A stretch of 64,000 nucleotides of DNA from Cirrosporium novae-zelandiae (Eukaryota). The notes beneath the pieces were generated by a model, which was not told the DNA's origin, searched no databases, and saw only the letters and a list, made by a program, of their open reading frames with translations. Made by a program: the position numbers and the translations under genes. Where the stretch lies: the NCBI GenBank assembly GCA_026023565.1, contig JAPETS010000013.1, positions 62,001-126,000 of the forward strand, read 5' to 3'. Below, one piece after another: positions 12,904 to 22,986 of this stretch; the first letter of the stretch is position 1, and the number at the start of each line of letters is the position of its first letter.

Positions 12904-14439
12904 ATGGAAGCTGAAGAACGACCACAAAAAATTCAAAAGCTTAGTCATGAACCTGATGAAACCATGACTGAATCCTCAGCAGAAAGGCACCGTCAGAATT
13001 TACAAAAACCGAATCAGGAAGAAAGCGAAGAAGGTCATGAGAACAATGGGGATACAGCAGTAAACGAAGACCAAAACGAAGGCCAAAATGAAGACCAAGG
13101 CCAATCCCAAAACCAAAACCAAACCCCCAGAAATGAAGCCCAACCCGCGACAGGCGCAGACGCCGACGAAACCCCCGCGCCGCACCTATCTAAGAAACAA
13201 CTGAAAAGGCTCAAACGGCGCGAAGAATGGGAATCGCAACGGGAATTCCGCAAGGAAAAACGGAAGCAAAAAGTTATGGAGAAGAAAGCGCGGAAAAAAG
13301 CCGCCTATGCTGCGGCCGTCGCCCACGCAGCAGAGGATGGATCCTCCTCCTCCGCTGGAGCTCTGGCACCCCACCTCCGTCCCCGTACCACACACACATT
13401 GCTTCCCATCACGCTGGTGCTAGACTGTGGATTCGACGAGCTGATGCTGGAGAAGGAGCTGATTTCTTTGCAGGCGCAGATCACCAGGGCGTATTCGGAT
13501 AATCACAAGGCGCCGCTGCAGAGTCATCTGGTGGTGTCGAGTTTTGGGGGGAGGTTGAAGGAGAGGTATGATCAAGTGTTGCAGGGGGTGCACAAGAAAT
13601 ATAGGGGTGTGAGGTTTGTGGAGGAGGATTTTGTTGAAGTGGCTGAGAAGGCTAAGGGGTGGATGAAAGGGCAGGAGAAAGAGGGCTGGAGGGACAGGTT
13701 TCCTTCTCTTGCTACTGATACTACTACTGCTACTACTACTGCTACTACTGTTGAAACAACCACCCAAGATGAATCCACAACGACGACAACAACACCACCA
13801 CCAACAGACCAACCTCCCCATCCCACCACCAACGAAACTATCAACGAAACCAACACCCCCCCACTCCCACTCCCATCCCCACCCTCAACAATCTACCTAA
13901 CCTCCGACTCCCCCACAACCCTCACGCACCTCACCCCCCACACAACCTACATAATCGGCGGCCTCGTCGACCGCAACCGCTACAAATCGATCTGCTACAA
14001 CCGGGCGCTGGACCGCGGCATCGCCACCGCAAAACTCCCCATCGGCGATTACATGAAGATGAGCAGTCGTTTTGTGTTGGCGACGAATCATGTAGTGGAG
14101 ATTATGTTGAAGTGGTTGGAGTGTGGGGATTGGGGGGAGGCGTTTTTGAGTGTTATTCCTAAGAGGAAGGGGGGGGTGCTTAGGGGGGAGGGGGAGGTGG
14201 GACAGGAGGTGGGACAGGAGGTGGGACAGGAGGTGGGACAGGGTGGGGGGGATGGGGATGAGGGGGTTGGGGAGAGTGAGGATAGGGATGGGGATGCGGA
14301 TGGGAATGAGATGGATGTAGGGAGGAAAGGGAATGGTAATGCAGACGCAGACGCAGACGCAGATGCAATTCCCATCTCACCCTCTAACCCCTCAGCTCGT
14401 GCTCCCATTTCCACCCCAGCGAACCATGTAAATAAATAA
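12904..14439 (+). CDS. TRM10: tRNA (guanine(9)-N1)-methyltransferase
   Basis: LVLDCGFDELM...SLQAQITRAYSDN and IYLTSDSP...YIIGGLVDRNRYKSICY...TAKLPIGDYMKMSSRFVLATNHVVEIML...WGEAFLSVIPKRK. Has a Thr/Pro-rich insertion and (GQEV)n in the tail. Confidence 0.93.
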   Translation: MEAEERPQKIQKLSHEPDETMTESSAERHRQNLQKPNQEESEEGHENNGDTAVNEDQNEGQNEDQGQSQNQNQTPRNEAQPATGADADETPAPHLSKKQLKRLKRREEWESQREFRKEKRKQKVMEKKARKKAAYAAAVAHAAEDGSSSSAGALAPHLRPRTTHTLLPITLVLDCGFDELMLEKELISLQAQITRAYSDNHKAPLQSHLVVSSFGGRLKERYDQVLQGVHKKYRGVRFVEEDFVEVAEKAKGWMKGQEKEGWRDRFPSLATDTTTATTTATTVETTTQDESTTTTTTPPPTDQPPHPTTNETINETNTPPLPLPSPPSTIYLTSDSPTTLTHLTPHTTYIIGGLVDRNRYKSICYNRALDRGIATAKLPIGDYMKMSSRFVLATNHVVEIMLKWLECGDWGEAFLSVIPKRKGGVLRGEGEVGQEVGQEVGQEVGQGGGDGDEGVGESEDRDGDADGNEMDVGRKGNGNADADADADAIPISPSNPSARAPISTPANHVNK

Positions 14440-14746
14440 ATAAAAAAACAAAAACAAAAAAACAAAAAAACAAAAAAAAAGGAGGGAACTTTCAAATCCT
14501 TTATTTCCTATTCATTTTCTATTCATTGGCTTGTTTTGTAATAGTTAATGTACGGATGGATGGATGGATATATGTATAGGTATAGGTATATGAATGGATG
14601 GGTGGAATACATGCCATGCCATGCCATGCCATGCTATCTATGCTATCTATGCTACTCCAAATCCAAAGGACCTCCCTCGCTCCCTCGCTCGCCCAGACGA
14701 TTATTTTTCCAACTCTAGCGAACTAATTACGAATTACTTCGGTATG

Positions 14747-14777
<31 letters not shown>

Positions 14778-14887
14778 AAATGTGTTGTTTACTTTTGCTT
14801 TCATTTTGCTTCGTTTTGCTTTGGATACTAAGGGGCCTACATACATACATACATACATACATATGCCCAAAAAGAAGCAGACACCAA

Positions 14888-16818
14888 CTAACTTCTCCTC
14901 GGATCCCTCAGATCCCTCTTCTTCATGCTCTGCATATTAAACCTTTCGCTCGCTGGCGCCATATTCTTCCTCGCATCACGCCTCTTCATGGCTCTTTTAT
15001 TCCACCGATTTGCCACGCTGGCCTTGCGCTCCACACCCGCACCCGCACCCACGCTATCTCGTCTCAAGCGGAACTTCGATTCCGCAGTCGGTGGGTTCGG
15101 CGCATTGGTGGTGGTATTGTAAGTCGCAGTATCATTAAGGATGGAATACTGCACCGTGCCGGAACCCTCATAGTACGTACTCTCCGTGGGACCCACAGTG
15201 GAGTAATTTGCGTTTGCATTTGCCGAGAGATCGAGTTTCCCGGTAGCGATGTCGCGGTCATTGATGACGCGGTCGAACATTTCGAGAGCGGCGAGGGGCT
15301 GGTAGAAGGGGACTTCGTGGCCCGATTCGTAGATGCGAACGAAGGCGAAGGAGGCCGCTTGGCGGACCTGGCCGTGGGTTGTGGCATCCGAGGTGGTGAT
15401 GTTGACGAAGCCTGCAGTTTTGTAACCTGGGGCGGCGATTAGTTCGGCCACGGCGCGCCCGCCGATCCAGTTGCAGTTGTAGTCTGCGTCGCCGAAGTAG
15501 AGGGTTATGGAGATGTTTTGGGAGAGCAGGGCGGCGATAGATTCGAGGGTGTTTGATTCGCGGGCGTCGTCGCCTGTAGCGCTGAAGGCGTTGCTGGTTG
15601 TGATGGAGTAGTCTGAGAAGTTGACGAAGGCGCCGATGGCGGTTTGGACGGCGGGGGTGTTGAGGTAGTCCGCGTAGAAGGAGTAGGGGAATGGGTCCGG
15701 GGTTAGCTCGCGCACGTCGTATTCGTCGCGGCCGAGGTAGGTGTCGAAGACGTCTTCGACTTCTGTATAGCAGAAGTTATCGGCTGCGATGCAGATGTCG
15801 TTGCGGCCTGTGGCGGCGCAGTTGTAGAGTTGGTCGACGCAGTTGCCGTAGCCGTAGACCGAGTTGTACATTTGGTCTGCGGTGGAGCCGTTGATAGCGA
15901 CCCCGTATGTGTTTCCGGGCCATACGGTGTAGTTGTAGTAGCCGGGGTATTGGATCTTGGGGTCGAACCACCCGTTGCCGATGAGGATGTGCTTGAGGTT
16001 GATGGTGTGGGCGCCGGTTATGTTCTTGGCATTTTGGTTCACGATGTATTCGTTGAAGACGGGACCGTAGTGACCGCCATAGCTTTCTGTTGCAAAGTTG
16101 AATTCCTCACGGGAGTATTGAGGGAATGCACCCATGAATCCCTGTAGGGTCTTCCACATGTTTGGGGCTGCTCCCTGGGTTGAATTGGCCGTCAGTGTCT
16201 CATCGGGAATTGAGTAGGTTCCGCAAGTGCTCTGGTCGGCAACATAGTCCGGGCATGTATTGTTTGGGAGGACTATAATGTCTCCGCTATCGTCATTCTC
16301 GTAGGCGGGAACTGGAATGGAGTAGGAGAAGCCAACTGTGGTAGGCTCGTCGATAAAGAGCATGTTGCTCGCATTGGACCAGGAGTAGGGATTGTTGTAG
16401 ACATTGCCATCATAGTCGACCCCACAGGGTCCCAATTCCTGGAATAGGCCAATCTAATTGGGGGTTTAGCTATTGTTTTCTAATTCTTGTCATCTAGAGA
16501 CCGCCGGCTTACCATGCTCGATGAGCCTGGACCTCCATTGATCCACACAGTCAATGGAGCAGTTGACGGGTCTTGGTTCCTTGCTTCGAAAAACCAGAAG
16601 AAGATGTGCTGATTCTCTTCCACATCGGCATATCCTGCGTAGCTCTTGACATCTGGATCCTGTTCGCAAATCCCAGTCGGGACCTCCTTGTATCGCACAT
16701 TAATGCCTGCGTAGCCGGTAACGGTTGTGAGATTGGTTGGAGCCGACACAAACTGAGCAACAGTAGCAGGAAAAGCTACGGCCCCAAGGGCGAGAATAGT
16801 AGCCGTGTAGGAAAACAT
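14888..16818 (-). CDS. Secreted serine carboxypeptidase, family S10 (carboxypeptidase S1-like), 2 exons
   Basis: Signal peptide, FFWFFEAR, WINGGPGSSSM|IGLFQELGPC, catalytic ESYGGHY, GDADYNCNW and SGHEVPFYQP. Confidence 0.93.
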
Positions 16819-17277
16819 GACGGGCTATGTAAGTGAATAGAAGCAAACGAGATAAAGCAGTACTACATCCAGCTTATATATATAGCTGGAGTCAAGATAA
16901 CAAGGTAGTAGAGGTGGAATGGCACGGCGTCATCACCTCTCAACCGGTAGCTGCACGATTCCCATCAATTAATTTACCGCGGCAGGGGAGATTGAGCACA
17001 AGCAGCTCGCCGATTGGTACAAGGAGAACCCATTGATGGTACCTGATTTTCCAAAGATCTACGGCAGGATAGTGTTTGATAGCACCCGGACGCTGCTCTG
17101 GAAAAGGCATGTACTGTGTGGTTAATCGGCGTAATAATAATAAAAAGTAACGGTACAACTGATAAGAGATCCCTGTAGTCAGGTTGGGGAATGAAATCAT
17201 CAGCAATTCGGAATACGAACTGAAAATAATTAATTAAAGAATTGCACGAGTCGATGAACAATAAGTCGACCAGTAGA

Positions 17278-17345
17278 TGTGAATGTGAATGTGAATGTGA
17301 ATGTGAATGTGAATGTGGATGTGAATGTGGATGTGAATGTGAATG
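17278..17345 (+). repeat. (GTGAAT/GTGGAT)n hexanucleotide microsatellite
   Basis: Direct reading in the divergent spacer between the carboxypeptidase and OXR1. Confidence 0.9.
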
Positions 17346-17754
17346 CCTCAACTCCAAGGCAGAAGTGATATTTGTGGATTTAGGGCTATGATCAGATGCC
17401 CTAAAGAATGAAAGCCTCAGGCTCCCGTCATCAACAAGCGGGAAAGATTAGGCGTTTTAGTGGCAGGCGTAGCAAGCGTGGCAGCGGGAAGACGGGAAGC
17501 TTGATTTGAGCCTGAGGATTCAGGAATGTCTGGGCCGCCACACCGCAACCCAACCAATGTTTCATCAAAGTACCAGTCCATTTCAACTTGAATTCTTGTC
17601 TCAACAACAACACCAACAACAACAACCCAGTCTTCTTCTCAAGTATGATTGAAAAGCACTTGATCTTATATCCAAAAGAATAAACCAAGAACTATTCCAG
17701 AGCAGTAACTACACTACAGCTTGCAAATCCATCTCCATCAGCTTATCAGGACGC

Positions 17755-18791
17755 ATGTCACAATCAGCTGCTTCCTCGTCTCCCCCCCCACCATCCTCCG
17801 TCGACCCTCCACTAAATCATTCTACCTCGTCTTATTTCTCCTTCCCAGTAACACACGTTGTGTCGGTCTTATATCGTCGTCTGACTGATCCTGCACACCC
17901 TCCCACCCAAAATACCATGCCAACAGCAACAAATAAACACGGAAATGGCAATGGTATTTATCAGCCGCCGCCCAAACGGACTGCTTCGCCCTGGAACCCT
18001 CCACCATTGACCCCTCTGTCTCTTCGAGGGGTAAAACCGAGCACCCCTATTTCTGCCCGTTTATTGACACCATCATTGGCCGAAGAGATTCGCCTGCTTC
18101 TTCCACCTCGACTTCAGCTTGTTGATGAATGGACATTGGCCTACAGTGTAGAACAAGATGGAACTAGCTTAGCGACCCTATATTCCAAGTGCGAGCGTTA
18201 CCAGGGCAAGCGAAGTGGATTTGTATTAGTGGTAAAAGACGGTGATGGAGGGGTAGGCTTTGTCCATCTCTAACTCTCAAATTCTAGAAGCTCCCGATCA
18301 AACCAAATTATTTTACTAATCTCATTCATAATGTTTAGATATTTGGCGCTTACCTCTCTGATGCACCCCACCCATCCTCACATTACTATGGCACCGGTGA
18401 ATGCTTCCTCTGGAGATGTACCATCCTACCTCCACTAGGCTCCCACGCACTTCCCCACCTCTCAAGCCTCCCTCCACCCCCATCTTCCGACATAGAACCA
18501 ACACGCTCTACAACCATCTCCGCTCAATCCACCACATCCAGCGGTACATCAACCCCCCGCATTCGGTTCAAAGCCTTCCCCTACAGCGGCATAAACGATT
18601 ACATGCTTTTCTGCGAACACTCATACCTTAGCGTCGGTGGCGGCGATGGCCACTACGGCCTATGGCTTGACGATGTAATGGAACGCGGCGTTAGCAGTGG
18701 GTGTCCGACATTTGGAAACGAACCCCTTAGCACCGAGGGAGACAAGTTTGATGTTTTGGGAGTTGAATGCTGGTGGGTGGGATCGGGATAG
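17755..18791 (+). CDS. OXR1: Oxidation resistance protein 1 (TLDc domain), 2 exons
   Basis: EEIRLLLPPRLQL..W.LAYSVEQDGTSLATLY, GG|IFGAYLSDAPHPSSHYYGTGECFLW, FKAFPYSGINDY and LSVGGGDGHYGLWLDD...CPTFGNEPLS...FDVLGVE. Intron about 18253-18339. Confidence 0.92.
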
Positions 18792-18904
18792 AAAAATCTA
18801 AATGATTCCTGAAACTGTAAACCGATACCGATAATTCGGGAAAATATTTATGGAAAACCTAAAAAAAAAAAAAACCTAAAGGGTAGTGGGAGAGGGGAAG
18901 GGGA

Positions 18905-19950
18905 CACGCCAAGGCCAGCCAATAGCTTTTTCTAGAAGTCAAAGGTCGGAGGCAGAGATGGATGGCCCACCAAAGGATATATATATCCATATCAATACCC
19001 ATTCACGATATGATATGGTTTGAAAAACCGTCTAATGGGAGCTCTGGGCGGACCGCTATGGCAAGGCCAATAGCCTTTTTCTAGAAGTAACGGCGGGAGA
19101 GATGAGATGGGATGAGATGAGATGTGCCCACCATCCTACCAGCCCACCAAAGGATATTCATATCTCATATCCCATATCTACACCTACTTACCCATTCATT
19201 CACGATACGGTCATGGCTATGCTTATGCTTATGGCTGAAAAAAAAATCATCCATCCATCCTCAGAAAGAAGGATAAAAGGCGCTGGCAATGGCAATGGCA
19301 ATATACATATATAAAGAAAGAAATACAAGGATACCCCGAGCCGCTTGTAGCTCAAAAATTTGAACACCTATCAGGCTTCCCGTCTCAATTCTCCGAAAAA
19401 GCTATCTAGAAAAAGCACTCATGGAACTCCCCTAACTTGGAGCTTCCAGAAGCCAGCTAATTATAAAATTCCTCGAAAAAATGCTTGTCCCTGACTTTGA
19501 GTTAAATAAAGTATGGAGCATAAAGCTTCTTTCTTCTAGAAACCATTATCAAGAACTTTCTCACCTATCGAACTTTGTTTGGCGTCCAAACAGATGCATG
19601 CTAGGATTTGAATATCACGCCTCCCATCTCATATAAATTCTCCTCCAAAGCTATCCACTCCATTCCACTGCACTTCTGGAGCCCCTGAACCTAAAGATTT
19701 TCTTAGAAACCATTACCAAGAACCTTGTCACTTGTCACTTGTCACTTACCTCTCAAGCGTTGTTTAGTGTCCAATAGATGCATGCTAAGATTTAAACACC
19801 ACGCTTTCCCACGCTTTCCTTACCTCGTATAGATTCCCCAGGAAAAATGCTGACCCTGACCCTGACCCTGACCCTGACCCTGACCCTGACCCTGACCATG
19901 ACTCTGAACCTAAATAAAGCTTCTTCCTTCTAGAAACCAACTATCAGGCT
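18905..19950. repeat. Degenerate tandem duplications (about 150-200-bp units) with embedded SSRs, including (TGACCC)7
   Basis: Shared blocks CCAATAGC.TTTTCTAGAAGT...GCCCACCAAAGGATAT...CCCATTCA at about 18910 and 19065. Shared blocks TAAAG..TT..TAGAAACCATTA.CAAGAAC...AGATGCATGCTA.GATTT.AA.A.CACGC at about 19520 and 19690, with a partial third copy at about 19915. Confidence 0.7.
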
Positions 19951-20595
19951 ACCTACCATATGTACATGTATGTATATAGTGGAACGGAACGGAATAGAAC
20001 AGAATAGGATGGGATAGGATGAGATAAGATGGAGTAATGCAATGTAATATAATATAATGAACATGAACCCCCAAAGAGATTTTTTTTCCTTTCATCTTCC
20101 TTTCTATCCATTCAAACTCCATGTTCGCGTATGTGTATGTGTTCGTGTATGTTCGTGTGTATGTATATATAAACCCACAAATGAGTAAATGAAAAAAAAA
20201 AAAATGAAAAAAAACCATTGAACCATTGATCCTCTGACCCCCCCCCCCCCCTCTAGATTCCATCATCTTCATGGATCTCGCCCAAAAAGGGGGGAAGAAA
20301 AGAGAGAGAGGGAGAGAGGGAGAGAGGGAGAGAGGACTACGCACGCATGCACGCACGCATGCATGCAGAGTAGAGAAGCCTAAAATCAAAATTAAGACCA
20401 AAACCAAAACCAAAACCAAAACCAAATACTCTATCCCTATCCCTATCGATCGATCGATAAGTAGAAAAGGGGGTTACTATTTACATATTCCCTAAATTTA
20501 TCTGTTTTTTCCCTCCCTTTCCACACCCTTTGGGTTCTTCCTTCCTTTCTTTCCTCACTCCAGGGTAAACTCAAGAGAGAAGAGGGGAAAAAAAA

Positions 20596-20645
20596 GGTAG
20601 GTAGGTAGGTAGGTAGGTAGGTAGGTAGGTAGGTAGGTAGGTAGG
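20596..20645 (+). repeat. (GTAG)n microsatellite
   Basis: Direct reading. Confidence 0.9.
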
Positions 20646-21294
20646 GCCTTATGTTAATTAGTACTCGCCAGTTCTTTGTTGGGTAATAATAATAATAATA
20701 ATAACGAAGTGTGATATTGTGGTAACTAGCCTACTTTTTTCTTCTCCCCCCCCCCCAACCCCCACCCCTATTTCTTTTTTTGCCACGCCTCCTTTAAACC
20801 TTCTAGTCTTTCAGGCCCCCTTTCAATCCCTCCCTCCTTTCCTTCTCAACTCCTTATGTAGCTAGGTAACTAGGTAACTAGGCAATACCGAAAAAAAAGA
20901 AAAAAAAAGAAGAAAAAAAAAAAATTAGGTAGGTAGGGGATAAGTTAGTGTTTAGTTGGAGCTAGCTCTCTTAAGTGATAATAACAATGATAATGATAAA
21001 AATGACTATAGTAATAAACCGTGATCCTGTGGTAGCTAGCCCAGCCAACTAGTTAAGCCCCTGGGAGTGTGGGAAGGGGGAAGGTATAGCAAGTATAGCA
21101 AGTATAGCAAGTATAGCATAGCACACAATACCCACCTGCTTCACCTTATAAGCACACACACACACACAACACATATCATTCATTTATTGCCAAAATGAAA
21201 AAAAAAATAGAAAGAGAAAGGGAAGAAGTGTTGGAAACTGAATGAATAATGAATTCACGTAGTCCCTATATATCTATACCTGAAGAAGGTTATT

Positions 21295-21348
21295 TTCTTC
21301 TTCTTCTTCTTCTTCTTCTTCTTCTTCTTCTTCTTCTTCTTCTTCTTC
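21295..21348 (+). repeat. (TTC)n microsatellite
   Basis: Direct reading. Confidence 0.9.
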
Positions 21349-21840
21349 TAGGTAATAGTTAGATGGCTAGATAGATAGATGGTTTCCTTGGTTTAGTTAG
21401 GGTTAGTTAGTTAAGGTTAGTTAACTAGGGCTAGTTAGGTGTGGATGGGGTTTTGCTGGCTTGTTTACCTGCCTTGCTTGCCTCATATCTATCTAATTAT
21501 CTACGAACAGATAAGTTTCTCCCTCTTCCTTTTCCGTGCGCGTGCGGCCGGTTGTGTGTGCGATTGTATAGTACCTAACCCATGCATATCGTATCGTATG
21601 CGTATCATACGTACCCCTCCCATACGTTTGGTTTCTGCTATAGCGCAGCCAGGTTATATATCCTATATCCTAACACTGAGTAATCCGATCTGCTCAAGTG
21701 ATTAATTAATTAGCAGATAACTATCCCACGTTCCTTTTGACGTACAAGTAGTTAGGTAGTTAGGTAAGAAAGAGTGTTGGCTTGCTTTTTAATATAGTTT
21801 CCTGATGCTATATATATACATTATAGGTCGTGTTGGTGTT

Positions 21841-22419
21841 TTACTCGTCGTCGTCGTCGTCCTTGTCGTTCCTATCTTCTTCATCGTAATTTTCTTCATC
21901 GCTATATTCCCCATCGCTATCTTCTCCATCGCTATCTTCATCATAATTTTCTTCATCATTAGAGTCTTCCAGGTCATCAATATTGTTGCTCGAAGAAGAA
22001 GATATTCTGGACCAGGGCATATCGTTCAGGATAATCGTCAATTCCTTCCTGATCCAATGGTCCGTTTCTGGCCTCATCGTCACTCCTTCAAGCGCCTGCC
22101 GCTGCAGTTCTTTAATCTCTTCATATTTTCCTCTCCTTTTGAGTGTACAAATTAAGCAATAGAGACTGATGAGGGTATGAGGGGCATCTTTCCCAAACAG
22201 ATCTCCGCCCAATGAGAAAACGCCTCGGTATAACTCCTCTGCTTCATCAAGCTTATTCTGGTCGTAGAGTATTCCGGCTAGATTATGTAGATCTGTGAGT
22301 ATCGCAGGATTCTCGCCAAATAAATTCCCCCTCAGATGAGTCACCTCACGCATCATATTTTCCGCTTCCTCATATTTTTTTTGTAGGAGTCTGAGCGATG
22401 CCGTTAAGCAAAGTTGCTT
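21841..22419 (-). pseudogene. 5'-truncated TPR (kinesin-light-chain/NLR-type) remnant with an acidic repeat tail
   Basis: About 42-aa repeats: ...LRLLQKKYEEAENMMREV..LFGENPAILTDLHNLAGILYDQNKLDEAEELYRGV...LFGKDAPHTLISLYCL...RGKYEE. An in-frame TAA lies just upstream, and no NB/NACHT exon is visible before the RPC1 3' end. Confidence 0.6.
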
Positions 22420-22986
22420 TTAAAGGAGAGTAGATGACGAGTAGAGCCTAGAGAAGATCTTTGCTTGTTCTTATTTTTTTATGATGTTAGGTGGGAGGGA
22501 GGGAGAGTAAGAGAGAGAGAATATGTGTGGGGGGGCATGGGCGTGTATTCAATCAAGGCAAGGTGAGGAAAGTTGTGGTGTAGTCTGGCATGGCATGGTA
22601 TGGCGTATTAATCATCATGGTATCGTGTTATATGGTATCAAGGTATTTTTTTTAGTCTGGCTTGGTTATCTCTTAATCAGTGATATATGAATCGATAGGT
22701 ATGTACAGTACACAACGCACACACAGTATAACCCATTCACCCCCCCCCTCTCCTTTTTTTTTTGTTAAAAAAAAGAGACACAAACTCCCATTCCCTTTTT
22801 ATGCCCTTTGAGATCAATCGTTCGTTGATTCGTCTTGCCTCTGGATTCATTCTTTAGTCTTGGCCCCTAGTAAAAGAAAGACAGAAAGAAAGAAAGAAAG
22901 AAAGAAAGAAAGCAATTGACGCTAATATTGCATTTCAAAAAAAAGACGTAAGGAAAACAACCCATTTTACTAGATGAATTACCTGA

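Noticed and set aside
14888..16100. Horizontal transfer of the carboxypeptidase suggested by high GC
   Set aside because: It has a normal fungal intron and fungal S10 motifs; the C-ending codon bias is explained by expression level or local skew.
19949..21705. ORFs in the SSR-rich spacer
   Set aside because: The translations simply reflect microsatellites (VLVL, KTKT, ERGR); no coding evidence.
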